Positions 1 through 9,602 are shown, counted from the stretch's first letter. The stretch is DNA of 64,000 nt from an uncultured delta proteobacterium (GCA_963804955.1 CAWDSQ010000007.1:256001-320000); one strand, 5' to 3'. Made by a program: numbers and translations. The notes: generated from the letters alone by a model not told the origin.

Positions 1-1374
1 GCCCCCGGTGTTCACCTCCCCGTCACCCGTGCCAAACGGGTCCTTCTGCCAGATGAAATACTCCGTCGGCTTGCGCAGATGCACCGGTACGACAAAGTCG
101 CTCACATCGCCGTAGAGCAGCACCGGCCGCGGCGGATAATAGTCTTTGCCGTGCAGCGGCGAGCTCCAGTCGCGCAGCGGCTTCAGCGACAGTTCCCGCA
201 GGCTGCGGGTTGCCTCATCCAGCCTGGACGCATCACCTGATGCAGCGGCATACAAAAAGTTAAAATGGGTGTTCCTGTGGTTCTGCACATAGCGCCAGAT
301 ATGCTTTTCCATATAGTCCGCAACGGTAGCCCTGCGCCGGCGGTCATTGTCCAAAAGGTGTACGGTAAAGCTCCGGGCGAACCTGAGGTTATAGGAAAAA
401 TAGCCGTCAAGCAGGCTCCTGCGGTTAAACAGCGCTTCGGCATTGCCGTCGTTCAGGCAGAAGGCCCCGGCAAAAGCTCTTTTGTACAGCCGGTCAATGC
501 GCTTGTACTCAGCCCCGCCAACCCCTTCGCGCTGCTCCAGCGCGGCCCGGTACACCGCCAGCAGCTGCACCCGCAGCAGCCCTGACACCAGAATGGCTGT
601 GGTTCCTGTTGTGCCCTCATGGTCTTTGATCACGAACCCGGTCGCCTGGAGCCGCCCCCACACGGCGCGGATCACGGCCTGCAGAATGTCTCTGACCTGC
701 TGCACAGCGGCTGCGGTCTGCGCGCTGTAGCCGGCAGGCTCAAGCTCTGCCAGAGCAACGCCTATACCATACAGAATGCCGGTCAGCTGGTCTCGGGTAG
801 CCCGGGTATAATAGATCATCGCTGGATAGCAGGCCGACGGGTTGCCGATGTCCGGAATATCAGTTGGGCTCTCATATACATAGCCGCGGTCGATCCGGTC
901 CTGCCAGGCCTCGGGATAGCGCCACTGCGCGGCCTGCGCAGCGGGAAACGCACACCGGGCAATCACGCCCGGCGTACCGCTCACATGGGTCAGGATATGC
1001 AGGCCGCGCGCAGCTTCAAACACCGCGTCAAGATCGCGAGCCTCGCCTGTCGTGATGAAGCGGTAGACCGCACCGGCGAGATAAAATCCGGTAAAGATGG
1101 CGCTGTCGCCGCCTGTTCCGTACAGGGATGGCTCTCCATCCGCCTCCTCAGCATACCGGCCCTGCCAGATAATGCCGTTCACACTGTGATGCGCCTGATA
1201 GTTTTCCTCAAGCATGGCTGCCCGCGCATACAGATCCCCGTTGCTGACCGCATCGGGATCAAGATCAAGAAGATAGCTTAAATCCTGCGCATGGGCGGCA
1301 GGGCACAGTATGCCCGCAGTCTGGCTGCCGGCCAGCACCATGAGCGCGAGCAGTTTCAGGCAAAGCTTTTGCAT
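1..1374 (-). CDS. Secreted hypothetical protein, C-terminus outside the window
   Basis: ATG at 1374 with an AGGAG RBS and signal-peptide-like start MQKLCLKLLALMVLAG...AHA. The frame appears open to the window edge, which explains its absence from the ORF track. Confidence 0.7.
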   Translation of the reverse strand, partial: MQKLCLKLLALMVLAGSQTAGILCPAAHAQDLSYLLDLDPDAVSNGDLYARAAMLEENYQAHHSVNGIIWQGRYAEEADGEPSLYGTGGDSAIFTGFYLAGAVYRFITTGEARDLDAVFEAARGLHILTHVSGTPGVIARCAFPAAQAAQWRYPEAWQDRIDRGYVYESPTDIPDIGNPSACYPAMIYYTRATRDQLTGILYGIGVALAELEPAGYSAQTAAAVQQVRDILQAVIRAVWGRLQATGFVIKDHEGTTGTTAILVSGLLRVQLLAVYRAALEQREGVGGAEYKRIDRLYKRAFAGAFCLNDGNAEALFNRRSLLDGYFSYNLRFARSFTVHLLDNDRRRRATVADYMEKHIWRYVQNHRNTHFNFLYAAASGDASRLDEATRSLRELSLKPLRDWSSPLHGKDYYPPRPVLLYGDVSDFVVPVHLRKPTEYFIWQKDPFGTGDGEVNTGG

Positions 1375-1606
1375 GGCATCTCCTGACAGATACAGGCACC
1401 GGCGATTCAAGAAGTACGAAATCCGGCAGCAACTCACTGTGGAATATTCTACATAAGGATATAGTGCGAGGCCGGCTGTGAGTCAAGGGTACTGCCTGAA
1501 GCAAGTGCCCGCAGAGGGCGGTACGTAAAAACTGAAAAAGCAGCACGCTGCGAAGGTACGGCGTGGTTTCCGGCTTTAAGCGGTATGTACCGCACTGTCT
1601 TTCGGT

Positions 1607-1728
1607 GCAGCCGAAACACGGTTCAGTTTGCATCATAGGGGATTGATACTTGATGGAACATGCTGCAGCCGGATAGGTCACTGTGCTTTAGAACACACCG
1701 GGGCGAGATACCGGCGGTGAAAACGTGA
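1607..1728 (+). pseudogene. umuC (Pol V) C-terminal DUF4113 remnant, copy 1
   Basis: Translates RNTVQFAS*GIDT*WNMLQPDRSLCF...GEIPAVKT*; clearly homologous to 5112-5252 and 9242-9397. Confidence 0.7.
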
Positions 1729-1864
1729 GTCGGTCAGGTATCGCAGGCCGGATATTGATTTTATCATGGACGCCACCCGGGGATTCTGATACATACTACC
1801 TGCTCAAGCACCCGCCTGCCGGGGGAGGGCTTTTGCCTGCTGTACGAAGGGAGATTATACCGCT

Positions 1865-2341
1865 ATGCACCGTAAGATATTTAAAGCAATACTGAAAGCA
1901 ATGCCGAAATCCGGCGGCACGGATACCGGCCGCAGCAGCAGTGCAGACAGAGAGCTGCAGATTGCAACCTGCGCGCTTCTTCTTGACATTGCTCATGCTG
2001 ACAATGAGTTTTCACCGGAAGAGGAGCTGAAAATAGAGCAGCTTATGCGCGGTCATTTCGCGCTGTCGGAAGAGGCTTTTCTTGAAATAAAAAAGCTCTC
2101 CGAGCAGAAGCTCAAAGGCAGCATCGACCTGTGGCAGTTTGCCAAAACAATAAAAGAGCAGTATTCCTACCGGCAAAAAGAGAAAATTATCGAGATGCTG
2201 TGGGCTGTTATTTACACTGACGACTCGCTGCATGCCCACGAAGACTATCTTGTGCACAAGCTTGCAACAGTGCTCAACCTTGATCATGGAAAGCTGATTG
2301 ACGCAAAGATGAAAATCCTCGGGCAAAGAAAGGCGGACTGA
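1865..2341 (+). CDS. TerB-family protein
   Basis: ALLLDIAHADNEFSPEE...LWAVIYTDDSLHAHE pattern typical of TerB-like proteins. Confidence 0.85.
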   Translation: MHRKIFKAILKAMPKSGGTDTGRSSSADRELQIATCALLLDIAHADNEFSPEEELKIEQLMRGHFALSEEAFLEIKKLSEQKLKGSIDLWQFAKTIKEQYSYRQKEKIIEMLWAVIYTDDSLHAHEDYLVHKLATVLNLDHGKLIDAKMKILGQRKAD

Positions 2342-2475
2342 AACAGCAGGTATTGAAAGAGTTGCCCGCGAAAAAGCGGGACGTCACCCTGAATAGTTCC
2401 TGCAATACAGTTAATTCAGCAACGTTCCCTGGCTGCCCCTTGAAGTTATTGATATAGTTATGGGACGCACCCTGG

Positions 2476-3081
2476 TCATTCCCTGCCGTCATTCACCCTG
2501 TCTATATTCTGCCGCTGGCGTATTAAAAAATTGCTGCTCGGAGCCCCGGTGGATGGCGCTGGTGATGCATCCCCTGCAGCCCCCGCTTTATTGGGTGTTA
2601 CTACAGCTTTTGTAACAGTGCTGCTATTTTGACCCGGCGGTTTCAGCTGTGGATCTGACCAAACCCCCAGTGAACGTTTTTGGGCCAGGCTTACAGACAA
2701 ATCGTAGGGATGTTTTTTATTTTTCTCCAGTAACGGCCAGGCTAACCCTTTCCGGACAAGCTCCCGGTTAATGGAATCCTGCTTTTTGGAAGAAAAAACT
2801 TCTGCGGTTATGATATTTTCTTGAGAACTGATCATAGTAATTCTGAGCATCTGGTTTAAAGCAAGACTTTCAAGATAGCGCTTTGCCTCAGCCCCGAATT
2901 TTTGTTGAGGCTCCGGAGCAATAATATATGCCAGCTGCACGGTATACTGTTTTCCATTTGCACGTATCAAGAGCGTGTCAGCATCTACCACCGTCTCGCA
3001 GACCGCATTAAAGTTCTCGGCAAAGGCCGGACAGGCCAGGAGCATAATCCCTGCAATAAAGAAAAAATATTTTTTAAGCAT
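2476..3081 (-). CDS. Thermonuclease (SNase-like), secreted
   Basis: Signal peptide, VVDADTL, APEPQQKFGAEAK, INRELVRKGLAW, AQKRSLGVWSDP. Likely start MLKK at 3081 after GGGAG. Confidence 0.8.
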   Translation of the reverse strand: MLKKYFFFIAGIMLLACPAFAENFNAVCETVVDADTLLIRANGKQYTVQLAYIIAPEPQQKFGAEAKRYLESLALNQMLRITMISSQENIITAEVFSSKKQDSINRELVRKGLAWPLLEKNKKHPYDLSVSLAQKRSLGVWSDPQLKPPGQNSSTVTKAVVTPNKAGAAGDASPAPSTGAPSSNFLIRQRQNIDRVNDGRE

Positions 3082-3178
3082 ACTAATCTCTCCCCTGGTA
3101 GTGTTCTTAATGTCGTCAGCACACCAGCGCCACAGGCTATGTTCCCTGAAAAAGGCAGCCAATCAAGCCACCCTCTAT

Positions 3179-3344
3179 GAGATTGTGTCGCAATTAAAAA
3201 AAGATGTCATCTCGACCAAAGGGAGAGATCTTTGCCTGAAGCAAAAGCAAAGCCTTAAGATTGCTGCGCGGTGGCGCAACCTGCGGTCTCACCGCCTGCG
3301 GCGGATTCGAAATGACAGTACAAAACTAATTATGACACAGCCTC
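3179..3344. mobile_element. MITE family A copy 1 (GAG-ended TIRs, 3-bp TSD TAT)
   Basis: Ends GAGATTGTGTCGCAATT / AATTATGACACAGCCTC, TAT on both flanks, internal GTCATCTCGAC...TTCGAAATGAC REP-like pair. Confidence 0.9.
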
Positions 3345-3603
3345 TATGCTGGCGGTTGCTGCCTGCCTCCCCGCCACCGGCTCGAACCATCGCATGTCTC
3401 TTCTTGTTTAATAGGGTCAAAGTCAGGCTGCCGTCAAGGGCTTCATTGATATTTTCGGCATTATTGCAATAAATCTGAATGAGTTTCCGGCCATTGCTGC
3501 TGTGGTTTTGAGTAAAGAAAGGCGGCCTGAAACAGGCATTCATTGACAAAAAAAAACCGGCTGCAACAACCGCCGGCCAAAACACCTGAAAAACAGTGCT
3601 GTG

Positions 3604-3655
3604 GGGGTGTTGAAAAACCCCATTAAGTCATTCTGAGCGCAGCGAAGAATCTCTA
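3604..3655. repeat. Partial MITE end with REP half-site
   Basis: GGGGTGTTGAAAAACCCC followed by GTCATTCTGAGCGCAGCGAAGAATCT; the reverse complement of the latter occurs near 37817-37841. Confidence 0.55.
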
Positions 3656-3970
3656 TCTTTTTGAATTTTCTAAGCCCGAATGGGACCTTCACTTTGCAGA
3701 TGCGCTCCTGAAAACCATGGCTATCCCCTGTTTTCCTGTCCGCAAAAGCCGTCACCACCAAAAAAAATCATGAATAAAATTTTTTGCGTGCTATATAGAA
3801 ATCTTAAGCAGCAATGCACGGGCACAAGATAGTGCGCTAAAGACACTTCAGGGTCAGGAGTCTCGTCTGACCTCCGCCCCGCTGTGGAGCACAGAGTTTG
3901 TTGTAAATTTTTTATCATATCTACAAATAGAGTTAAATGAAGTTAAACGTATAAAGCAGAAGAGGGTTCT

Positions 3971-5002
3971 ATGCAGCTAATAAAATCAATATCCCTGCTG
4001 TCTGTGATCGGCTCTCTGTTTCTGTGCTCATCTGCCTTTGCCTATCAATCGGGGAACTTTACGTACACGGTAACAAACCAAACGGTCACAATCACTGGCT
4101 ATTCCGGTCCCGGCGGAGCAGTTGCAATTCCAGATACCATTACCAGCATGCCGGTAAGCGGCATCGGGGATAGTGCGTTTTATTGTCAAACCCGTATGAC
4201 CGGTGTCACCATCCCGAACAGCGTTACGAGGATTGGAGCACAGGCGTTTCGAAACTGCACCGGTTTGACCAGCGTTAGCATACCGGGAAGCGTTACGAGC
4301 ATTGGGACATATGCGTTTCAATTTTGCAGCGGCCTGACCAGCCTTACCATACAAAATGGCGTTACGAGCATTGGCTACAGTGCGTTTGGAAATTGCACGG
4401 CCTTAATAAGCGTAACCATACCGGGCAGTGTGAGAAGCATTGCTGGTTCTGCGTTTTCATACTGCGACAGTTTGAGCGGTGCATATTTTTACGGAAATGC
4501 GCCGGCGATGGGGCCGAATGTTTTCCTTAACTGCGCAGGCGGTTTTACCGTTTACTATACTGCCGGAGCCACGGGGTTTACCAATCCGTGGTATGGCTAT
4601 CCAACGGAGGAGTCTAACCCGCCTCCGTCAACCAGCACCACTGTGCCGGTAGCGACGACAGTGCCAGCAAGCACAACGACGAAGCCGTCCACGTCAACGA
4701 CGTCCGCATCAACGAGTATAAGCACAACATCATCATCGGCTGCTTCATCAACAACTACTACTCCGCCGAAGTCCACCACAACCTCTGCACCGCCGAAGCC
4801 AACCACCTCCACTACCAGTGCCTGCAACGTATCAGGTGATACCGATGGCGACGGTATGCCCGATACGCTCGATAACTGCCCGAATGGTTTCAATCCCAAT
4901 CAGCTGGATGCGAATGGTAACGACATAGGAGATTGCTGCGACCCGGCACCCGGCTGCGGCGGCGACGGACAGGCAACATGTGATACGGTGTGCGGGCAGT
5001 AG
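3971..5002 (+). CDS. BspA-type LRR surface protein with S/T/P linker and thrombospondin type-3-like repeat
   Basis: Signal peptide, repeated IPxSVTSIGxxAFxxCxGLT, Thr/Ser-rich stalk, DTDGDGMPDTLDNCP...NPNQLDANGNDIGD. Confidence 0.9.
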   Translation: MQLIKSISLLSVIGSLFLCSSAFAYQSGNFTYTVTNQTVTITGYSGPGGAVAIPDTITSMPVSGIGDSAFYCQTRMTGVTIPNSVTRIGAQAFRNCTGLTSVSIPGSVTSIGTYAFQFCSGLTSLTIQNGVTSIGYSAFGNCTALISVTIPGSVRSIAGSAFSYCDSLSGAYFYGNAPAMGPNVFLNCAGGFTVYYTAGATGFTNPWYGYPTEESNPPPSTSTTVPVATTVPASTTTKPSTSTTSASTSISTTSSSAASSTTTTPPKSTTTSAPPKPTTSTTSACNVSGDTDGDGMPDTLDNCPNGFNPNQLDANGNDIGDCCDPAPGCGGDGQATCDTVCGQ

Positions 5003-5043
5003 TCGGAGTATGGGGTAACGGATTAATCCTCTGAAGAATCATC

Positions 5044-5081
5044 AAGGCCCAACTACCAGAGATGGTGGTTGGGCCTTTTTT
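5044..5081 (+). terminator. Rho-independent terminator after the LRR gene
   Basis: AAGGCCCAACTACCA-gaga-TGGTGGTTGGGCCTT hairpin followed by a T run. Confidence 0.8.
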
Positions 5082-5111
5082 GTAAAAGTCCACAGGAGAT
5101 GTCACTACAGT

Positions 5112-5252
5112 GATGCTCTGAGTCAATGCTATGACCGCAGCAAGGTTCAGTTTGCATCATCTGGGATTGCTAAGCGCAGGAAAATGCTGCAGTCGTATAA
5201 ATCCCCGTGCCACACCGCAAGCTGGAGCGGGATACCGGAGGGAAGGCGATAG
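5112..5252 (+). pseudogene. umuC C-terminal DUF4113 remnant, copy 2
   Basis: Translates DALSQCYDRSKVQFASSGIAKRRKMLQSYKSPCHTASWSGIP. Confidence 0.7.
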
Positions 5253-5415
5253 TTAAGGCAGATGGCGCAGGCCGGATAGTGATTTAATCATGGTCTTTAT
5301 ATGCTCTTGAGACCAAGCCGTGCAAGAAGCTATTGTGTTAAACAGCCTCCCTTTTTCTCCCATCCCCTGCAGCCCTGAGGATGAGCCATGAGCAGAGCTG
5401 TGTGCGCCACCTCTG

Positions 5416-5823
5416 CTACAGCACCGCCTGCTGTTTATACAGCGCATTGGGCAGGCACTGCATGGTCGCTTTGATCAGATCTTCCTGCTGGAAAGGTTTG
5501 CTCAGATATCCGTCAAACATGCCGCTTATCCGTTCCGTCACGTCACCGGAGGCATGGCCGGTCATGACCAGCAGCGGAATGTTTTTAACAGCTTTATCAG
5601 TTTTCAAAATGACGACCGCCTCGTAGCCGTTCATCACCGGCATCTGTATGTCCAGCAGAATCAGGTCGGGCGCGCACGCGCGGGCCATATCAACAGCATC
5701 CCGGCCATTAGCTCCCTCGATCAGATCAAAGTCGTACTCATCGTAAAACAATTTGATCAGCTCACGGATATGCGCAGTGTCATCGACAATCAGTATGCGC
5801 GGCTTTCCAGACATTGCAGTCAT
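5416..5823 (-). CDS. Single-domain response regulator (receiver)
   Basis: ILIVDD, PDLILLDIQMPVMNG, YLSKPF. Confidence 0.92.
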   Translation of the reverse strand: MTAMSGKPRILIVDDTAHIRELIKLFYDEYDFDLIEGANGRDAVDMARACAPDLILLDIQMPVMNGYEAVVILKTDKAVKNIPLLVMTGHASGDVTERISGMFDGYLSKPFQQEDLIKATMQCLPNALYKQQAVL

Positions 5824-6091
5824 AGCAGTCCCCTTCTTTCATTGGATTAACTCTACAGAAGTACAACCCTGTCCTTCGTGCAAAAAAACCCCTTCCTGAA
5901 GCTGAAAAAAGGCCGGCTGTGACATACATTTTCACTACCGGCAGTCTCTGATTATTCAGCACCTGTGCTGTCTGCCGTTATGCCCTCATGCGCTCTTTTC
6001 GGTTGTCTGCGACGCTGCGTTTCTCTGCATGTTTTCAATACAGAGAGCACCTCCGGCCATAGAGAACAAAACATGTTTTATTCAATTTTTA

Positions 6092-6109
6092 TTACATATA
6101 CTGTGCCAA
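6092..6109 (-). promoter_or_regulatory. Possible sigma54 -24/-12 promoter upstream of the receiver gene
   Basis: Minus strand TTGGCAC-AGTAT-ATGTA; the -12 box is imperfect. Confidence 0.4.
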
Positions 6110-6506
6110 CAACAATGCCGTCTTTGCTTGCAACTCCATTGACAATAAAAAATTTAAAAATCATTCTAAATTAAATGATTTTTTTTGAAAAATATCTGGA
6201 AGGATTCTTTTTCAGTCCTGAGAAATGATGGCTAAAGCCGGCATCTATTCAAAATGAGTAATAATTGGCAAATAAAATTACTCATAATGAATACGACATG
6301 CTGCTGTAAAAAACCGTATCTCTCTCCATCAAAAAACAACAGTACAAAACAGCCCCCCGAGATGTGAACTGAAAAGCCGGCCACGACAGGTCAGGCCGGA
6401 GGGCAGCCAGAGGCCCGATGGTTTACATACTGTTCCGGCAGGTGCAGGCGGCAACAAGGCAAGACCGGGGAGGGGCAAGGCTGCGAAAATTCCAAACTGC
6501 TAAGCT

Positions 6507-6869
6507 TTACTGGAACGCAAGGGATACTTCCGGATTTCTTTTAACAAGCTGGCGGATCATGATGTCGCTTAATATACTCGTGAACTTTATGCCGCCTGTT
6601 ACCTTATATGGGCTTTCCTTTACCCACATGACTTCGGCCTCAACAGGAATATGCAGGATCGTGTTTGGTATGGAAATTTCCATTACAAGAACAACTCCGC
6701 GCTTAATGCTTTCAGTCTGCGGAAAGTTTACAGTCGCACCGCTTGAGCTCAGATTTATAATCCGGCATTCATACTGCCGCGTGTCCTGTTCCCTGATGGA
6801 GCAGCGCGTTTTGAGGTTAACATCAAAACGAGCCTTGGCGCGCATATGTGCATATGAAGATTTTCCCAT
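6507..6869 (-). CDS. PilZ domain protein
   Basis: RAKARF (RxxxR) and NLSSSG (D/NxSxxG) motifs. Confidence 0.85.
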   Translation of the reverse strand: MGKSSYAHMRAKARFDVNLKTRCSIREQDTRQYECRIINLSSSGATVNFPQTESIKRGVVLVMEISIPNTILHIPVEAEVMWVKESPYKVTGGIKFTSILSDIMIRQLVKRNPEVSLAFQ

Positions 6870-7458
6870 ATTTTAATTGTTCCTGTGCCGATTTTAAATT
6901 GTATGTAATAAAAAGTAAAAATGCAGACTAAAAGAGGTCTGCCCGGACAACATAGCCTGCTCTGTTTTTTATCCGACATCTGCCTGTGGGACGAAGAATA
7001 GAAAAAAACACCCCATAAAGCAATAGCACCAGAGGCTATTATTTAGGCACTAAGGGGCCTGAGGAGCGGGGGCAGAAAAAATATTGCCAATCATGTCTGT
7101 TGCGGGCCTGAACCGGTGCCTGCATTTCGGGCGAGACATTCCCGAACCGGCATTACGAGATTTACAGCCCTTCGAATATTTTGAACAAAACGATAAAAAA
7201 GAGCGGCTGTGCGTGTCGTGCACATCCGCCCTGTATCATCTGACTCTTTTGATGCCGATTTAAAATACCTGCACCCGGTTTTCCACCTGCAAATGCGGCA
7301 CCCGTTTGAACTCCTTTGCATTGCTGGCAACAGGCAACTACCGACTTCTGAAATTTTATGTTTAGCCAGAAAGTCAAGAAACAATCAGCGGCTGTTGTCC
7401 CCCTATTGTTGTTCGCAGGCCTGATAGTAATTTATGTATGAACGTCCCCTGGTCAGCC

Positions 7459-7752
7459 CTATGCGCCAACTGCGGCACGCAGTTCTCCAACTTTTATTTT
7501 CTTCTGCCCGGCATGCCAGAGGTCGAGTTTTGACTGCATATACAACCAGCTTTCCGGCGTGGTGCCTGTTGCAAGGGCGATTTTTACGGCCATGTCCGGT
7601 GTCACAGGACCCCTGCCGTTTAAAATTGCAGACAGTGTTTTACGCGACGTGCGCAAACGTTTTGCGGCTTCCGTTATCGTAAGTCCCAGGGGGACCAAAA
7701 CATCCTCCCGTAAAACTTCTCCGGGATGTGTGGGTTTGCGTTTGTTAATCAT
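7459..7752 (-). CDS. higA: HigA-family antitoxin
   Basis: PTHPGEVLREDVL...SRKTLSAILNGR...PESWLYMQ...DLW. Confidence 0.93.
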   Translation of the reverse strand: MINKRKPTHPGEVLREDVLVPLGLTITEAAKRLRTSRKTLSAILNGRGPVTPDMAVKIALATGTTPESWLYMQSKLDLWHAGQKKIKVGELRAAVGA

Positions 7753-7774
7753 GATGTGTGCTCCTTGAAAATAG

Positions 7775-8053
7775 TCAGTGATAATCCCTGTAATCGACGA
7801 TCACAGCATCTGCCCCTTCAAATTGAAAAGTAACCCGCCAGTTGCCGTTTACCCGGACCGACCAGGAGTCCTTCTCTTTGCCCGGCAGCCGGTGCAGTTT
7901 AAAGCCGGGCAGATTCATGTCCTCGGGGCATGCTGATGCGTCCAGGCGGTCAAGTATGCGGGCCAGCCTGGGGGCATGGTCCGGCATTATTTTACTGCAG
8001 TCATCATGGTGGAAAAACTTTTCCAGCCCTTTATGCCTGAATGATTTAATCAT
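7775..8053 (-). CDS. higB: HigB (RelE-superfamily) toxin
   Basis: MIKSFRHKGLEKFF...WSVRVNGNWRVTFQF...VDYRDYH. Confidence 0.93.
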   Translation of the reverse strand: MIKSFRHKGLEKFFHHDDCSKIMPDHAPRLARILDRLDASACPEDMNLPGFKLHRLPGKEKDSWSVRVNGNWRVTFQFEGADAVIVDYRDYH

Positions 8054-8069
8054 GTCTCCATATATAACA

Positions 8070-8088
8070 TGTAACCTAATGCGTTACA
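8070..8088. promoter_or_regulatory. Putative HigA operator
   Basis: Palindrome TGTAAC-N7-GTTACA just upstream of higB. Confidence 0.6.
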
Positions 8089-8261
8089 AGCAGTTTTAGC
8101 AATTGCCAGTGTATGCTGCTGTTGGCATGCGGATCAGCATGAAAACTGTGCATAGCGCGGATAGTAAAAACAAAGCGTGCTGACACCTGTTCTTGTTTTT
8201 TCGTTCTATGGTTTTCCCGATGGATGTTCCCGGTTGTTTTTTAGACCCACTAAAATACAGG

Positions 8262-8289
8262 TTGCATAATATATAAAAACTTATATAAT
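8262..8289 (+). promoter_or_regulatory. sigma70 promoter with overlapping palindromic operator of relE-higA
   Basis: TTGCAT-N16-TATAAT overlapping TATATAA-N4-TTATATA. Confidence 0.55.
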
Positions 8290-8512
8290 TGAAAATATGA
8301 ATACTGTCGTGAAAGCACTTAAGTTCATTGGGTCGAGTCTGGACGATCTACGGAATTTCCCGGATGAAGCCCGGCGGGCTGCCGGATTTGAGTTTCATGC
8401 GGTTCAAAGCGGTTTTGATCCAAACGACTGGAAGCCCATGCAGGCCATCGGCCCCGGCGTAAAAGAGATTCGTATTCATGTGCTGGGCGAGTGGCGCGTT
8501 ATCTATGTAGCT

Positions 8513-8762
8513 TAGCCAACAACCACCCGCATAGAGCCTGTGTCGCAATTTACTTTGCTGTCATCTCGACCGAAGGGAGAGATCTTTGTAGTAAGTAAAA
8601 TCAAGGGGCTTAAGATTTCTCACCGCCTGCGGCGGATTCGAAATGACATTAATAAATCAATTGTGACACAGCCTCATAGCGGGGGGGGGATTTCGCTAAA
8701 GCGAAATCAAAAAACACATAGTGTTTATGTTGCCTTTTTCAGAAACGCATGTTTCTGAAATC
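8513..8762. mobile_element. Hairpin-rich non-autonomous insertion (IS200/IS605 PATE-like), itself containing MITE A
   Basis: About 105 bp once MITE A is removed; hairpins CCCGC..GCGGG, GATTTCGC-taaa-GCGAAATC and TTTCAGAAAC-gcat-GTTTCTGAAA; no TIR or TSD seen. Confidence 0.6.
8534..8675. mobile_element. MITE family A copy 2 (TSD ATA)
   Basis: GAGCCTGTGTCGCAATT...AATTGTGACACAGCCTC flanked by ATA; nearly identical to 16349-16489. Confidence 0.92.
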
Positions 8763-8876
8763 AGTTCAGCGACGCAGTTTATGTGCTGCACGCATTCAAG
8801 AAAAAAAGTCAAAAAACGAGCCGCCAGGATATCGAACTGGCGCGTCAAAGGTACAACCGCATTGGAGGTTAAAGTA

Positions 8877-9161
8877 ATGAACGATGACATTATTAAATCT
8901 TCCGGCAGCGTTTTTGCTGATCTCGGTTTTCCACCGGATGAAGCCGCTATTCTTCAGATGCGTGCCGACCTTATGGCTGATCTGCGCAAACTCATCAAAG
9001 CGAAAAAATTAACGCAGGCCAAAGCGGCAACAATTTTCGGGGTGACGCAGTCCAGGGTATCAGATCTCATGCGCGGCAAATGGGAGAGATTCAGTCTTGA
9101 AATGCTCATTACGCTTGCAACAAAGGCGGGCATGCATGTCAGCTTGAAAACAGCGGCATAA
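8877..9161 (+). CDS. XRE/HigA2-like HTH antitoxin
   Basis: SSGSVFADLGF...LTQAKAATIFGVTQSRVSDLMRGK...FSLEML; ATG 8877 after GGAGG. Confidence 0.9.
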   Translation: MNDDIIKSSGSVFADLGFPPDEAAILQMRADLMADLRKLIKAKKLTQAKAATIFGVTQSRVSDLMRGKWERFSLEMLITLATKAGMHVSLKTAA

Positions 9162-9241
9162 CGCTGGCTTCAAAACAAAGGGCGCTGACCCCTGTTCTTG
9201 TTTTTGCTGAGCGGAGAGGGAATTTATTAGATCAAAAAGCC

Positions 9242-9397
9242 ATGATGCAGGCAATAGATTCCCTGAATCAACGCTATGGCCGCAACACGGTTCAGTTTGC
9301 ATCATCGGGCATAGATAAGCGCTGGAAAATGCTGCAGTCGCAAAAATCGCCGTGCTTTACCACATGACGGGGCGAGATACCGGCTGTGAAGGCATGA
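9242..9397 (+). pseudogene. umuC C-terminal DUF4113 remnant, copy 3 (best preserved)
   Basis: MMQAIDSLNQRYGRNTVQFASSGIDKRWKMLQSQKSPCFTT*RGEIPAVKA* matches the UmuC tail pattern D..N.R.GR..V.FA..G....W.M.....SP..TT. Confidence 0.82.
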
Positions 9398-9433
9398 GAC
9401 AGACAGGCGGTGCAGGCCAGATAGTGATTTATG

Positions 9434-9536
9434 TATGAACGCCCCGCAGTCCTACTCAAACAATTCAACTAATTCAACAACGTTAAGTTCCTAAAAAATT
9501 TTCTTGAAAAGCATTAAATACAACCGTCCCCTTTTA
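9434..9536 (+). repeat. About 103-bp direct repeat, copy 1 (compound junction motif)
   Basis: TATGAACGCCCCGCAG...CAATTCAACTAATTCAACAACGTT...AACCGTCCCCTTTTA; recurs at 14422-14525 with about 7 substitutions and 1 indel (counted by eye). Confidence 0.9.
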
Positions 9537-9602
9537 GATGTTTACAGCCAATTTCTGCAACCTGGGGGGGGGAGGGCGTTTGTGTACTTTGTAGGATGGC
9601 CC

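Larger units (their letters stand above)
8297..8872 (+). pseudogene. RelE/ParE (Gp49-like) toxin interrupted by nested insertions
   Basis: N-part ...DWKPMQAIGPGVKEIRIHVLGEWRVIYVA ends at 8512. C-part FSDAVYVLHAFKKKSQKTSRQDIELARQRYNRIGG* resumes at about 8765. Confidence 0.9.

Noticed and set aside
5830..7390. Possible c-di-GMP riboswitch or small genes around the receiver and PilZ genes
   Set aside because: I could not find the GGCAAA...GAAA...GACGCAAA core on either strand, and the short ORFs at 7091-7424 have no recognisable features.
9365..9367. In-frame TGA in the umuC remnant as selenocysteine
   Set aside because: The fragment is a pseudogene, the other two copies differ at this site, and the position is not a conserved Cys.
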